DNA of 62,365 nucleotides, taken from the NCBI GenBank assembly GCA_030590945.1, contig JAUVBY010000003.1:1-62365 (forward strand). Reading direction: 5' to 3'. Below are positions 17,929 to 28,972 of the stretch, piece after piece. Within the stretch, counting starts at the first letter, position 1, and every line of letters starts with the position of its first letter. The DNA is from Gammaproteobacteria bacterium. GTDB taxonomy: Bacteria > Pseudomonadota > Gammaproteobacteria > Arenicellales > Poriferihabitantaceae. Position numbers and translations under genes: made by a program. The notes below the pieces were generated by a model. The model saw nothing but the letters and a program-made list of their open reading frames with translations. It was not told the DNA's origin and searched no databases.

Positions 17929-18687
17929 TCAGAGGGTTATTGTTTCCGGGTTTTTAATGCGTACATCAAACGCACGGTAGCCATTTTCGATTAGTTTAGC
18001 GGGATCACCGCTTGTAAACCAGCGATCGGGGCGATTGCTTTGTTCAAAATTCCAGTTTTTTAGTACCCAGTCCGCCATTAGTTCAGCGGGATCGATGAGC
18101 TGAGTGGTGCTACTAAGATGCTGGCTAATTTGATCGCTGATAGCAGGGTAGTGCGTACACGCGAGTAAAACCGCATCGGTATTTTTGAGTGGGGCAAGTA
18201 TGTGCTTAAGGTCTTTATACAAAGCTTCGCCATTCAGTGTGCCGGCCTCTACGTGCAAGGACAGAGGTTGTGCAATGCGCTGCGTCAGGCGGATATTCTT
18301 TGGACGAAGTAAGCGCGCATAAGCCTGCGACCGGATGGTTCTTGCGCCGCCTATCAGACCAACATGTTTAAAGCCGGATTGTTTTATCGCATTTGCGCCA
18401 TGGCGAATAATGCCTTCCACGTTAGGATCCTCGGGCAGCGCACAACTGGCTGCATTGCACGCAACCGCAATATTGCTCGCGCCTTGCGTATACAAAAACT
18501 GAAAAATACGCTGCAGGCGCGCTTTGAGCGTTGTTGTCGATACGTTCCCATAAGGATCGTACCCGCTGTCTGCAAAATACATTAAAGGAATATTGCTGCG
18601 TGCTTTTATCGCACGCCAGGTCCCGAGACCGCCGATTCCGGCATCTACGATAGCAAGTGCTGTTTGGGGCATTGGATTTCTGGACAT
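17929..18687 (-). CDS. murI: glutamate racemase (Asp/Glu racemase family)
   Basis: 252 aa. DAGIGGLG, the two catalytic Cys boxes ACNAAS and LACTHYP. Confidence 0.7.
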   Translation of the reverse strand: MSRNPMPQTALAIVDAGIGGLGTWRAIKARSNIPLMYFADSGYDPYGNVSTTTLKARLQRIFQFLYTQGASNIAVACNAASCALPEDPNVEGIIRHGANAIKQSGFKHVGLIGGARTIRSQAYARLLRPKNIRLTQRIAQPLSLHVEAGTLNGEALYKDLKHILAPLKNTDAVLLACTHYPAISDQISQHLSSTTQLIDPAELMADWVLKNWNFEQSNRPDRWFTSGDPAKLIENGYRAFDVRIKNPETITL

Positions 18688-18852
18688 GATCGAATAATGA
18701 TTCTAACAATAAGCGTGATTTTCGCGCAATTTAGAGTTTCGATTGCAAGACATTCTCGCGCAATGCTTTAGTTTTTCAAATGTGCGCTAGTTTCGCTGTC
18801 TTAAACAATTAAATTGTCTCGAAGTTTGGATGCGCCATAATCGCCTGTAGGC

Positions 18853-20565
18853 TTATATTTGACCTTTTATAAACTCCAGCACGCTAGCAATTTCAAGATC
18901 CTGTTTTTCACCGCTGGCCCGGTTCGCATACTCGATCACACCGCGTTCCAGGGCACGATCACCCACCGTCAGGCGGTGCGGGATACCGATCAATTCCATA
19001 TCGGCAAACATCACACCAGGACGCTCTTTGCGATCATCCAACAGTACGTCGATGCCCGCTGTACTGAATGACTGGTAGAGCGCATCAGCGTGTTTTTTTA
19101 CCGAATCGGATTTACCATAGCCAATGGCCACAATAGCGACCTGAAAAGGCGCAATAGTATTGGGCCAGATGATGCCACGATCATCGTGATTTTGCTCTAT
19201 AGCCGCTGCGACGATGCGTGTAATACCAATACCATAACAGCCCATTTCCAGCGTGCGCGCCTTGCCCTGTTCATCCAGCACATTTGCACCCATGACTTCG
19301 CTGTATTTTGTTCCCAGCTGGAAAATATGCCCAACCTCAATACCGCGCTTGATTTCCAGCGTGCCTCTGCCATCCGGACTGGCATCGCCTTCAATGACAT
19401 TTCGCAGGTCCGCTGTTTCAGGTTCAGCAGCATCACGACCCCAGTTGATACCGAAATAGTGCTGATCATCGATATTGGCGCCCGCACCGAAATCACTCAT
19501 CAGCGCGACCTCACGATCCGCGATAATGGGTAGTGGCATATTGATGATGCCTAAAGAGCCCGGCCCGGCACCAATAGCGTTGCGCACCTCGTCTTCGTTA
19601 GCAAACTCGAGAGGCTCCGCCACTTTTGCGTGTTTGGCTGCTTTAATTTCATTCAGGCTGCGATCTCCGCGTATCAGCAGGGCGACCAGTTCAGTATCTG
19701 AACCCCCGGCTGCTTTTACGATCAGCGTTTTGATGGTCTTTTTAATCGGTAAATCGTATTTTTCGACCAGTGCCTGTATGGTTTTGGTGTTCGGTGTCTC
19801 CTTCAAAATGAGCTCTTCGACAGGCGCCGCACGTTTACTAATATCGGGGATGGCTTCGGCCATTTCGACATTGGCAGCGTAATCAGACTCGCTCGAAAAG
19901 GCGATATCATCTTCGCCTGAATCGGCCAATACGTGAAACTCATGCGATGAATCACCGCCAATGCTGCCTGAATCAGCGCTTACAACGCGGTAATCAAAAC
20001 CTATACGATCGAAAATGCGGATATATGCAGCGCGCATCTCATCATAGGTTTCCTGTAAGGATTCCCGTGTGAGATTAAATGAATACGCGTCTTTCATAAT
20101 GAACTCTCGCGAACGCATCACACCAAATCTCGGGCGTACCTCGTCGCGGAACTTGGTCTGGATCTGGTAAAAGTTTGCGGGCAGTTCTTTGTAGCTGCGA
20201 ATTTCATTGCGTGCCATCAGCGTAATGATTTCTTCGTGCGTCGGGCCAAGGCAAAACGCGCGCTGGTGGCGATCATGCATTCGCAACAATTCCGGGCCGT
20301 ATTGCTCCCAGCGACCGGATTCTTTCCATAGCTCAGCGGGTTGAACGACCGGCATGGAAACTTCCTGAGCACCCGCAGCGTCCATTTCCTCGCGCACGAT
20401 ATTTTCGACCTTTCGCAGAACCCTGAGACCAAGCGGTAGCCAGGTGTAAATGCCGGATGCCACACGCCGGATCATGCCCGCGCGTAACATTAACTGGTGG
20501 CTTATAACCTCCGCGTCAGCGGGTGTTTCTTTGAGAGTGGCGAGTAAAAACCGGGAGGTACGCAT
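18853..20565 (-). CDS. proS: proline--tRNA ligase
   Basis: 570 aa. Class II motifs ([25 protein letters not shown]) and the bacterial-type editing insertion. Confidence 0.97.
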   Translation of the reverse strand: MRTSRFLLATLKETPADAEVISHQLMLRAGMIRRVASGIYTWLPLGLRVLRKVENIVREEMDAAGAQEVSMPVVQPAELWKESGRWEQYGPELLRMHDRHQRAFCLGPTHEEIITLMARNEIRSYKELPANFYQIQTKFRDEVRPRFGVMRSREFIMKDAYSFNLTRESLQETYDEMRAAYIRIFDRIGFDYRVVSADSGSIGGDSSHEFHVLADSGEDDIAFSSESDYAANVEMAEAIPDISKRAAPVEELILKETPNTKTIQALVEKYDLPIKKTIKTLIVKAAGGSDTELVALLIRGDRSLNEIKAAKHAKVAEPLEFANEDEVRNAIGAGPGSLGIINMPLPIIADREVALMSDFGAGANIDDQHYFGINWGRDAAEPETADLRNVIEGDASPDGRGTLEIKRGIEVGHIFQLGTKYSEVMGANVLDEQGKARTLEMGCYGIGITRIVAAAIEQNHDDRGIIWPNTIAPFQVAIVAIGYGKSDSVKKHADALYQSFSTAGIDVLLDDRKERPGVMFADMELIGIPHRLTVGDRALERGVIEYANRASGEKQDLEIASVLEFIKGQI

Positions 20566-20667
20566 GGCAAAGGGAAGGCATAAATTAAGACTGCGCTAGT
20601 CTAACGATTCATCTAACAGGATTCAATAAATACCCAAAATGGAGCTGCGGCTTTAGCCCCGGTAAAC

Positions 20668-22557
20668 TTATTGCTTAACGAGTTGCATTGCGCCAATTTG
20701 GCTGGCATACCAGAAGGGGTTGTTGCGCAGTTGTGCTTCTCCCCGATTTAGTGCGGAAAGCGCGGTGTTATATAAGGACAAATCGTTTAGTTTCCCGGCA
20801 TTGTGCAAGGCAATGGTGGTTGCAATCAGCGTCGCAGACGGAGAAGCGCTGGAGTCCTCAGAGAGCATCTCTTCGCCGTCAGCCGGAGGTAACAGTGAGG
20901 CATCTGCATAAGACCATACGTTGTTATGATAAAAACGCGCCCAACCCTGGCTTAAAACTCGTTCAGCCTGCCGGTAATCTTCGTTATCATTCGTTAATTG
21001 AGCCCAATCAAACAGGCTGCGTGCGACATAAGCATAATCTTCTATTGATGCGCTACCCACCAGTTTGCCTTTGGCCAGGCTGCGGGTAAGCTGATTTCCA
21101 TCCCAGAGTGTATCCAGAAGAAACGTTTTGATTTTTTCTGCCCGGGCCCGATAGGCAGAATCTTCAAGGGTCAGCGCCGCGTTCGAAAAAGCTGAAAGAG
21201 ACAGGGCATTCCAGCCAGCCAGCAGTTTGTCGTCGGTAGGTAAGACACGACTGTTACGTGCCACCTTTAGCTTTTTTTGAGCTGTGCGTAAAAGCTTGAC
21301 GGTTTCGGTTTTACTCAACTGCAACGATTGTGCCGCCTCAGTAACAGAAATGGCACCTCGTAAATGATTGCCTTCTTCCAGATCGGCCGGTCGTTCGGTT
21401 TGCCAGATTTCTGAAAAAACGCGGTACTCTGGCGCACTAAGCAGTGATTTTAGCTGTTCGGTTTCCCATAAATAGTAGCCGCCTTCAATATCGTTATCGT
21501 CCACAGCCGAAAATGAGGCATACAGAATACCATTGCTATCGCTCATCTCCAGCGCCATAAAATCCAGCGTCCTGCGCGCAATTTTTGTATAGGCAGCTTG
21601 CTTCAGAACCGTACCGGCCTTGAGGTAAAGTTGTGCAAGATTGGCATTATCGTAGAGCATTTTCTCGAAATGGGGTATTTCCCAGGCAGGGTCGACTACA
21701 TAACGGTAAAACCCGCCGCTCAGTTGGTCCTGCATACCATTGTCAGCCATTGCGGATAAGGTTAATTCAAGAAACTCTACCACTTCCGGGTTACGGCTAT
21801 TGCTCAGGCTGTCGAGCAGAAAATTCAGCTGAGGCACAGAAGGGAATTTATTACTCTGCCCAAAACCACCCTGTAAGTCGTCAGCACGCGCCATAATTCC
21901 CTGAACGGCGAGAGTGCGCAGTTCAGTCACCAGCGAGGCGTTCAAAACAGGTTCACTGTCAGGATAACTAAGCGGCAGCTTTTCTTCTAGTGCCAGCTTA
22001 CGAATGCGTTCACTTTGTTGCTCCCAGATGCCGGTTAGTCGCGTTAGCAGTCCAAGAAACTCCATCTGAGGCTGGTAAAGCACCGCGAATACAGGCAGGC
22101 CATCGGGGGACATAAATACATTCAACGGCCAGCCTCCACGTTTAAGCGTTGCCTGGGCGTAGGCCATCAAGCGCTTATCGAGTGCTGGCTCGAGTTCACG
22201 GTCGATTTTTACGGGAATGAAGAAGTGGTTGAGAACTTCGGCGACCTCAGCATTCTTATAACTTTCGCGTTGCATTACGTGGCACCAGTGGCAGGAAAAA
22301 TAACCACTGGATAGTAAAATTAATTTGTTTTCCTTTTTTGCGCGCTGCAACACCTCCGGGCTCCAGTCCTGCCAGTTAACAGGGTCGCTGCCGTGCAGCG
22401 CCAGATAAGGGGAAGGGTGGTTCGCTAACTGGTTGTGCAGCGGTTGAACGCCTGTGAGCTCTGCTTCAACTGCGGCTGATACCAGGGTGGGTGTCAATAC
22501 TAGCGTCAGGGTTAACAACCAAACCGCAATAAAGTGATATCTAATGAATATTTGCAT
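20668..22557 (-). CDS. DUF255/thioredoxin-domain protein (YyaL-like), probably periplasmic
   Basis: Thioredoxin-like N-domain (WQDWSPEVLQRAKKENKLILLSSGYFSCHWCHVMQRESY) followed by a large alpha-toroid-like region. I prefer ATG 22555-22557, which gives a signal peptide (MQIFIRYHFIAVWLLTLTLVLTPTLVSA), over the track start 22617. Confidence 0.8.
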   Translation of the reverse strand: MQIFIRYHFIAVWLLTLTLVLTPTLVSAAVEAELTGVQPLHNQLANHPSPYLALHGSDPVNWQDWSPEVLQRAKKENKLILLSSGYFSCHWCHVMQRESYKNAEVAEVLNHFFIPVKIDRELEPALDKRLMAYAQATLKRGGWPLNVFMSPDGLPVFAVLYQPQMEFLGLLTRLTGIWEQQSERIRKLALEEKLPLSYPDSEPVLNASLVTELRTLAVQGIMARADDLQGGFGQSNKFPSVPQLNFLLDSLSNSRNPEVVEFLELTLSAMADNGMQDQLSGGFYRYVVDPAWEIPHFEKMLYDNANLAQLYLKAGTVLKQAAYTKIARRTLDFMALEMSDSNGILYASFSAVDDNDIEGGYYLWETEQLKSLLSAPEYRVFSEIWQTERPADLEEGNHLRGAISVTEAAQSLQLSKTETVKLLRTAQKKLKVARNSRVLPTDDKLLAGWNALSLSAFSNAALTLEDSAYRARAEKIKTFLLDTLWDGNQLTRSLAKGKLVGSASIEDYAYVARSLFDWAQLTNDNEDYRQAERVLSQGWARFYHNNVWSYADASLLPPADGEEMLSEDSSASPSATLIATTIALHNAGKLNDLSLYNTALSALNRGEAQLRNNPFWYASQIGAMQLVKQ

Positions 22558-22656
22558 AGCTCTTAAGACTAGCGCGGCGGGGTTTGGTTCAGAATTCTCT
22601 GCAGGCCCGCAATACAATTTAAGGGCTCGTTTCCCGGGGTGTCTTACTGCAAGCCG

Positions 22657-23472
22657 TTAAGGCCCTTCATCAGATCGGCTATCGAGCGATTCCAGCTGGT
22701 TTTCAGCGGCTTCAAACTCGGAATCCATATCGAATTCTTCTTCGTCTTCTTCATCTCGATTCGCCGGTTTGAAAAAATTTCGCGAAGCGAACAGGCCAAC
22801 TTCAAATAGTATCCAGACGGGGATTGCCAGCATGGTCTGCGAGAATATATCCGGCGGGGTGAGTAGCATGCCAAGAATAAACGCACCAATAATGATATAC
22901 GGGCGTTTTTTTGCCAGAGCATCGGGCGTAGTAACGCCTATTTTTACCAGTACAATGGTTGCAATAGGCACTTCAAACGCCACGCCAAAGGCAAAAAACA
23001 GTTTGAGCACAAACCCCAGGTAGGAGTTGATATCCGTCATTACTAAGACGCCGTCGGGTGCACTACTGGCAAAAAATTTAAAAATCAGCGGGAAGACAAC
23101 GAAATATGAAAAAGCAATACCGAGGTAAAACAGTGCGCTGCTGGAAACCAGCAGGGGAAATACCATGCGTTTTTCATGACGATACAGGCCGGGTGCGACA
23201 AATGCCCACATCTGATACAGCAGATAGGGGATAGAAACCGCAAAGGCCACCGCAAAGGCAAATTTAAACGGCACGAAAAACGGTGCGTGCGGTTCGGTTG
23301 CGATCATGCTGGTGCCTTCCGGAAGTTGTTCCATCAGCGGTTTGGCGAGAAATTCGTATAGCTCGTTCGCGATGAAGGCCAGCGGAATGAATACGATAAT
23401 GACCGCTAGAACCGAACGCAATAAGCGATCGCGTAATTCAAGCAGATGCGAAACTAATGATCCTTCTACCAT
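22657..23472 (-). CDS. tatC: twin-arginine translocase subunit TatC
   Basis: 271 aa. HLLELRDRLL start, six TM helices, acidic C-terminal tail. Confidence 0.95.
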   Translation of the reverse strand: MVEGSLVSHLLELRDRLLRSVLAVIIVFIPLAFIANELYEFLAKPLMEQLPEGTSMIATEPHAPFFVPFKFAFAVAFAVSIPYLLYQMWAFVAPGLYRHEKRMVFPLLVSSSALFYLGIAFSYFVVFPLIFKFFASSAPDGVLVMTDINSYLGFVLKLFFAFGVAFEVPIATIVLVKIGVTTPDALAKKRPYIIIGAFILGMLLTPPDIFSQTMLAIPVWILFEVGLFASRNFFKPANRDEEDEEEFDMDSEFEAAENQLESLDSRSDEGP

Positions 23473-23969
23473 CAGCCGGATTTCTCTTTATTAGGGGTGG
23501 TGGTTTTTTTCCCGGTCACTTTCTTTTTGCCGGGTTTTTTGCGGGCTGTTTTCTTACTTGAGACTTTTTTCTTTGTAGTTTTTGTGGTCTTCGTCGTTGC
23601 TTTAGTGTTCGTTTCCGTCTTTTCCTTCGCCTCGCTCGCGGCAGTGCCCGGCATTGGTTTGTTCAAGGCATCCGCGATTGCATTATCGATAGTTGAGCCT
23701 TCTTTTTTCAGTGTATCTTCGTTTTTCTCGACCTGGGATTTGAAGCTATCTCCGGCCTGCTGAATATCGTCACGGATATTCTTGAGCTCATTTAAATCGG
23801 CTTCATCCAGTTCGCTTTTGAGGTCGGATTTGATGTCATTCATCATGCGTCGTGCTTTGCCCATCCAGGCACCGGCAGTTCGCGCTACACCGGGTAATCG
23901 CTCGGGCCCGAGGATGATTAGCGCGAGCACGCCAATCATCGCGACTTCCCAAAAGCCTACGTCTATCAT
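23472..23969 (-). CDS. tatB: twin-arginine translocase subunit TatB
   Basis: 165 aa. N-terminus MIDVGFWEVAMIGVLALIILGPERLP. Very K/T-rich C-terminal tail. Confidence 0.9.
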   Translation of the reverse strand: MIDVGFWEVAMIGVLALIILGPERLPGVARTAGAWMGKARRMMNDIKSDLKSELDEADLNELKNIRDDIQQAGDSFKSQVEKNEDTLKKEGSTIDNAIADALNKPMPGTAASEAKEKTETNTKATTKTTKTTKKKVSSKKTARKKPGKKKVTGKKTTTPNKEKSG

Positions 23970-24003
23970 GATTTCAGAGGTAAATTAGATCAATACAAAG
24001 AAG

Positions 24004-24264
24004 TTAGGCGCCTTTGCTATCTTCCTTGCTGTCTTCCTTAGTTTCTTCTTTGTTGGTATTGCTATCGATTTCTTCGGATGTATCACCGTCTTCAGCGTTG
24101 GCTTCCGCGTCAGCTTTTTCTTCTGCGCCCATAGCCGATTTAAAGTTCTTTACCGCGCCGCCAATATCGCCGCCCATGTTCTTTAATTTCTTGGTGCCGA
24201 AAATAAGTACGACAATCACCAGAACAATTAAAAGTTGCCAAACACTGATGCCACCTAAACCCAT
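24004..24264 (-). CDS. tatA: twin-arginine translocase subunit TatA
   Basis: 86 aa. [26 protein letters not shown] plus amphipathic helix, acidic tail. Confidence 0.9.
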   Translation of the reverse strand: MGLGGISVWQLLIVLVIVVLIFGTKKLKNMGGDIGGAVKNFKSAMGAEEKADAEANAEDGDTSEEIDSNTNKEETKEDSKEDSKGA

Positions 24265-24410
24265 GATAAAACCTCTAAATTAATAATTATGTAATGCCGC
24301 CTAGTTTAGCCGGAAAGATATTTGAGTTTCACACAATCTATACGTGAATTTTCATTCCATCCGGGCTATTTTCAGCAGGCCAGAAGCGGTAAAAAACCGC
24401 GTGTTCTACT

Positions 24411-24731
24411 CTATTTGGTGCGTGATGCTTTTTCTTCAATACCCGACACGCCAAATCGGCGTTCGAGTTCAGCGACCACGTCACCCACGCTGGCGTTTTT
24501 GTACGCTAATAATACGATGGAATGAAACCATAAATCAGCGACTTCCGAGACCAGTGCCTGATGGTCGTCTGTTTCTGCGGCCAGTATTGCTTCCAATGAT
24601 TCTTCGTTCACTTTTTTTTGTATTTTCTCCAGGCCCTGGTCAAAAAGAGAGGCGACATAGGACGCAGACGGATCCTGCTTGCTTCGCTGTGCAACGATTT
24701 TATCAAGTTGCTCAAGGATGTGTTTACTCAT
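24411..24731 (-). CDS. hisE: phosphoribosyl-ATP pyrophosphatase
   Basis: 106 aa. HisE/MazG-like helices (SYVASLFDQGLEKIQKKVNEES...EVADLWFHSIVLLA). Confidence 0.9.
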   Translation of the reverse strand: MSKHILEQLDKIVAQRSKQDPSASYVASLFDQGLEKIQKKVNEESLEAILAAETDDHQALVSEVADLWFHSIVLLAYKNASVGDVVAELERRFGVSGIEEKASRTK

Positions 24732-24749
24732 GAGCCTATTTTAGGCGAG

Positions 24750-24805
24750 AATTCCGGGGACAGTTTACTTAATTCTAACTAATTAAGTAAACTGTCCCCG
24801 GAATT
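24750..24805. repeat. perfect 25-bp inverted repeat (hairpin) between hisI and hisE
   Basis: AATTCCGGGGACAGTTTACTTAATT (24750-24774), 6-nt loop CTAACT, then the exact reverse complement (24781-24805). No U-tract on either strand. Confidence 0.9.
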
Positions 24806-24818
24806 TCGCGGAATTCCG

Positions 24819-25214
24819 CTATTTATAAATCTCTTTCGGGTTTTTTATGACGGGATCCACCGCCACCCATTCTCCATCTTCAAGGCGTTTATAAAAACAA
24901 TGCTTGCGTCCGGTATGGCAGGCAATACCGCCAATTTGTTCGACCTGCATCAGGATCACATCATTATCGCAGTCGAGACGAATTTCTTTGAGGTTTTGCA
25001 CATGACCGGATTCTTCACCTTTGCGCCACAGTTTTTGTCTTGATCGGGAATAATAAATAGCGCGCTTTTCGGCCACGGTAGCCTCAAGCGCCTCGTGGTT
25101 CATCCAGGCCATCATCAGGATTTGCCCGGTTTTATAGTCCTGGGCAAGTGCCGGCACCAGGCCATCAGCCGTCCATTTTATTTCGTCCAGCCAGGGTGTA
25201 TTTTTTGCGTTCAT
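24819..25214 (-). CDS. hisI: phosphoribosyl-AMP cyclohydrolase
   Basis: 131 aa. HisI motifs ([21 protein letters not shown]..., [26 protein letters not shown]). Confidence 0.92.
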   Translation of the reverse strand: MNAKNTPWLDEIKWTADGLVPALAQDYKTGQILMMAWMNHEALEATVAEKRAIYYSRSRQKLWRKGEESGHVQNLKEIRLDCDNDVILMQVEQIGGIACHTGRKHCFYKRLEDGEWVAVDPVIKNPKEIYK

Positions 25215-25984
25215 AACCTCATCTCGATGCCAGCCGCTGCCATGTGGGCTTTGGCCTGCTGTACGGTGTAATCACCAAAATGGAATATGCTGGCGGCGAG
25301 CACCGCATCGGCGCCGCCTTTGAGTACGCCATCGACCAGATGATCAAGGTTGCCCACGCCACCGGAGGCAATCACCGGAATACTAACGGCTTCAGTAATC
25401 GCATGCGTCAAAGGCAGGTTAAAGCCATTGCGCGTGCCATCGCGGTCCATGCTGGTTAATAATATTTCACCGGCACCATTATCCTGCATTTTTTTCGACC
25501 ACTCGACCGCATCGAGCCCGGTTGGCTTGCGCCCGCCGTGCGTAAATATTTCCCAGCATGGTGTTTCGCCGTCTGCACTGACCGTTTTGGCATCAATCGA
25601 GACTACGATACATTGATTGCCAAAGTGTTTGCTGGCCTCGATGATAAAATCAGGGTTAAATACTGCGGTGGTATTGATGCCGACTTTATCCGCCCCTGCG
25701 AGCAGTAGGCGGTGTATATCTTCAAGTACACGAACGCCGCCACCGACGGTTAGCGGTATAAATACCTCTTCAGCGACACGTTTAACGACGTCTATAATGG
25801 TTTCCTTGTTATCCGCGCTGGCCCGAATATCAAGAAAGGTAATTTCGTCCGCGCCCTGCTCATCGTAGCGAATCGCGGCTTCCACCGGATCGCCCGCATC
25901 ACGGATCTCGACGAATTTCACGCCCTTGACGATGCGCCCGTTTTCGACGTCCATGCAGGGAATGATGCGTTTTGCCAGGCCCAT
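25211..25984 (-). CDS. hisF: imidazole glycerol phosphate synthase cyclase subunit
   Basis: 257 aa. [19 protein letters not shown] start and (beta/alpha)8 HisF motifs. Confidence 0.96.
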   Translation of the reverse strand: MGLAKRIIPCMDVENGRIVKGVKFVEIRDAGDPVEAAIRYDEQGADEITFLDIRASADNKETIIDVVKRVAEEVFIPLTVGGGVRVLEDIHRLLLAGADKVGINTTAVFNPDFIIEASKHFGNQCIVVSIDAKTVSADGETPCWEIFTHGGRKPTGLDAVEWSKKMQDNGAGEILLTSMDRDGTRNGFNLPLTHAITEAVSIPVIASGGVGNLDHLVDGVLKGGADAVLAASIFHFGDYTVQQAKAHMAAAGIEMRL

Positions 25985-26733
25985 TAGCTGGTTTCCTTGC
26001 AGAGTCTGTCCAGCAGGGCCTGACCTTCAGCGAAATCCAGCGAACCTTCGTATATCGCACGACCGGTAATGACGCCCTCGAGCCCGCAGCGCGTGGTATT
26101 AGCCAGTTGCTCAAGATCGGAGAGTTGATGAACACCTCCTGCGGCGATCACAGGGATATTGACCGATTCAGCCAGCTTGCTGGTGTTGTCCGCGTTGGCG
26201 CCCATCATCATGCCGTCGCGGTTGATGTCGGTGTAAATAATCGAACTGATGCCATCCTGCTCAAACTGTCGTGCCAGGTCAAGCAGGCCAAGATCAGTTA
26301 CATTTAACCAACCGTCGGTAGCGACCTGGTCGCCTTTGGCATCCAGCCCGACGATAATATGATCGCCACCGAAGGACTGGCATAATACATTTATGAACTC
26401 AGGTTCATTCACGGCCTTGGTGCCGATGATGACGTAGGAAACACCCGCGTCCAGATAGGTTTTAACCGTGGCTTCATCACGAATACCGCCACCGATCTGC
26501 ACGGGCAAATCCGGGTATTTTTCACAAATCTCTTTAACGATATGAGCATTGACTGGTTTACCCGCCTTAGCGCCATCCAGATCAACAATATGCAGGCGGC
26601 GCGCGCCGGCTTCAACCCATTTACTGGCAACCGCGACGGGATCTATGTCAAATACGGTTTTATCGGCGTAATCGCCCTGACGCAGACGCACGCACTGGCC
26701 ATCTATTAGATCAATTGCGGGGATGAGTAGCAT
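25984..26733 (-). CDS. hisA: ProFAR isomerase (1-(5-phosphoribosyl)-5-[(5-phosphoribosylamino)methylideneamino]imidazole-4-carboxamide isomerase)
   Basis: 249 aa. [22 protein letters not shown] start. Sits between hisH and hisF. Confidence 0.95.
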   Translation of the reverse strand: MLLIPAIDLIDGQCVRLRQGDYADKTVFDIDPVAVASKWVEAGARRLHIVDLDGAKAGKPVNAHIVKEICEKYPDLPVQIGGGIRDEATVKTYLDAGVSYVIIGTKAVNEPEFINVLCQSFGGDHIIVGLDAKGDQVATDGWLNVTDLGLLDLARQFEQDGISSIIYTDINRDGMMMGANADNTSKLAESVNIPVIAAGGVHQLSDLEQLANTTRCGLEGVITGRAIYEGSLDFAEGQALLDRLCKETS

Positions 26734-26742
26734 AATTTTAAA

Positions 26743-27375
26743 TTATATATTCCAGCTAACGAAGTTTTCTATGAGCCTAAGGCCGTCGTGCTGGCTTTTT
26801 TCGGGGTGAAACTGAGTAGCAAAGATATTGTCAGTGGCCGCTGCAGCGGTAAAGGAAATCCCATAGTCGCAGGAGCCGGTTTCGTGATTCGGGTTTACAC
26901 AACGGCCGAAATAACTGTGCACAAAATAAAAGCGTGCCTGATCTTTGATTCCGTTCCACAGCGGGTGCGCACCGGACTGTTTTACATTGTTCCAACCCAT
27001 GTGCGGTATGGTCAGGTGAGAATCTATATCGGTCAGGTATTGGGCAAAATGTTCGACTTTCCCCGGTAACAGACCAAGGCAGGTGTGCCCCTCGTATTCA
27101 GTGCTCGATTCAAATAGCGCCTGCAAGCCGAGGCAGATCCCCAGCACTGGCTTGTTGAGCAGTGCCTCCATGATGACCTCGCGGATATGCTCTTGCTCAA
27201 GCTGTTTCATCCAGGTGCCGATGGCGCCCTGGCCGGGCAGTACTACCCGGTCAGCGCTGCGAATGACGTCGGGCAGATGGCTGACGACGACTTTTTGCCT
27301 GCCGGCAACGTGCTCAACCGCCTTGGCGACTGAGCGCAGGTTTCCAGTTCCTAAATCTACAACTACAACAGTCAT
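26743..27375 (-). CDS. hisH: imidazole glycerol phosphate synthase glutaminase subunit
   Basis: 210 aa. GNLRSV, catalytic GICLGLQ, and the HSY/FHPEKS boxes. Confidence 0.95.
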   Translation of the reverse strand: MTVVVVDLGTGNLRSVAKAVEHVAGRQKVVVSHLPDVIRSADRVVLPGQGAIGTWMKQLEQEHIREVIMEALLNKPVLGICLGLQALFESSTEYEGHTCLGLLPGKVEHFAQYLTDIDSHLTIPHMGWNNVKQSGAHPLWNGIKDQARFYFVHSYFGRCVNPNHETGSCDYGISFTAAAATDNIFATQFHPEKSQHDGLRLIENFVSWNI

Positions 27376-27388
27376 TTACAGAAAATAC

Positions 27389-27997
27389 TTAAAGTGAACC
27401 TTTAGTAGACGGAATCACGTTTTCAGCACGTGGATCGAGTGAGATAGCCATCCTCAGCGCGCGCCCGAAGGCTTTGAATATGGTCTCAACAATATGGTGA
27501 GAATTATGCCCGCGCAGATTATCTATGTGCAAAGTAACCAGCGCGTGGTTACAAAAGCCCTGGAAAAACTCGTGTACCAGTTCGGTGTCAAAGGTGCCGA
27601 TGGCCTTACTGGTAAAGTGAATATCTTCGATCAGTTGCGGGCGACCGGAAAAATCGATAACCACGCGGCTCAGAGCTTCATCTAAAGGCACGTAAGCATG
27701 GCCATAACGTACGATGCCTTTTTTATCGCCGATGGCTTTGTTGACAGCCTGACCAAGCGTAATGCCAATGTCTTCAACGGTGTGGTGGGCATCAATTTCA
27801 AGATCGCCTTTGGCCTTTATATCTAAATCGATCAAGCCGTGGCGTGCAATTTGATCAAGCATGTGATCCAGAAAAGGCACACCGGTTTCAAATGTGGCCC
27901 GGCCTGAGCCATCGAGGTTGAGTTCGATGCTAATCTGGGTTTCATTGGTATTGCGCTCGACGCGCGCGGTTCTTTCAGACACGGTATATTTCGCCAT
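27389..27997 (-). CDS. hisB: imidazoleglycerol-phosphate dehydratase
   Basis: 202 aa. [41 protein letters not shown] motifs. Monofunctional form. Confidence 0.95.
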   Translation of the reverse strand: MAKYTVSERTARVERNTNETQISIELNLDGSGRATFETGVPFLDHMLDQIARHGLIDLDIKAKGDLEIDAHHTVEDIGITLGQAVNKAIGDKKGIVRYGHAYVPLDEALSRVVIDFSGRPQLIEDIHFTSKAIGTFDTELVHEFFQGFCNHALVTLHIDNLRGHNSHHIVETIFKAFGRALRMAISLDPRAENVIPSTKGSL

Positions 27998-28038
27998 GAG
28001 GGGTTGAGCGCGCTATTGTAACGGCAGGGGCGGTATAT

Positions 28039-28953
28039 TTAAACCACCGGCCGCGGCTTATATTGCATTACACCGATCGCGGCAATAACCAGTATCAGGC
28101 CGATAGCCTGCGGCCAGCCAAAGAATTCATCCAGAAGAATCACCGCAAACATGGAGGTCATAGCGGGGCCAAGCGTTCCGGTAATCGCAGTTTTAGATGG
28201 GCCCAGGCGTGAAATGGCGGCGGCGAGTAAGAACGTGGGCAATACGGTAGTAACTATCGCCATCACAATGACCAGTTTAAATGCGGGAAGCGGGATCACC
28301 AGCGCCTGCGGAGTTTGTACTATAAAAAAATGCGCCAACGTCATCAAGCTACTGGAGATCATGGCAATAACCGTAAACTCTTTGGCGCCGATTTGGTCGA
28401 TTATCGGCTTGCTGAGTACCACATACAGTGAAAATGCCAGCGCGGCAAGCAAGACCCATATCGTACCACCGACTACGTCATTACCCAATTGCTGCCAGTC
28501 ACTTACAAAAATAACCGCGATGCCAATATACGACAAACCCAGTGCGATCAGTATTTTCTTTTCCATCGGCTTTTTAAGCAGCAACCAGGTGAATACCGCG
28601 ACCCAGGTGGGGTAACTGAATAAAATTAGGCGTTCAAGTTGCGCTGTGATAGTTTGCAAACCAAGCAGGTCAAACAAGGCAGCGAGGTAATACCCTACTA
28701 ACCCCACCAATAAAGTCTTAATGACCCAGCGTTTCTCAAGTGTTATCCCGCGTTGACGGTTGCGCATATACAAGAGCAAACCGATTGCGACATAAATCGG
28801 CATCGAGATGAGCATGCGCCACGCTAACAGGGTGATGGTATCCAGTTCATAGACATAGATCATCTTGACCAATACAGGCTTGAATGAAAATAGAAGGGCG
28901 GCGCCAAAAGCGTAGAGCAGGCCACTATCAATGGCCGGTAATTTTACGTTCAA
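28039..28953 (-). CDS. DMT-superfamily (EamA-like) transporter
   Basis: 304 aa, about ten TM helices arranged as two EamA-type halves. Confidence 0.8.
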   Translation of the reverse strand: MNVKLPAIDSGLLYAFGAALLFSFKPVLVKMIYVYELDTITLLAWRMLISMPIYVAIGLLLYMRNRQRGITLEKRWVIKTLLVGLVGYYLAALFDLLGLQTITAQLERLILFSYPTWVAVFTWLLLKKPMEKKILIALGLSYIGIAVIFVSDWQQLGNDVVGGTIWVLLAALAFSLYVVLSKPIIDQIGAKEFTVIAMISSSLMTLAHFFIVQTPQALVIPLPAFKLVIVMAIVTTVLPTFLLAAAISRLGPSKTAITGTLGPAMTSMFAVILLDEFFGWPQAIGLILVIAAIGVMQYKPRPVV

Positions 28954-28972
28954 ATCGGATTTCTGAGTTTAA

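Noticed and set aside
24322-24733. Plus-strand ORFs of 67 and 129 aa opposite hisE
   Set aside because: They are antisense to a well-supported hisE frame, R/P-rich, and have no recognisable motifs.
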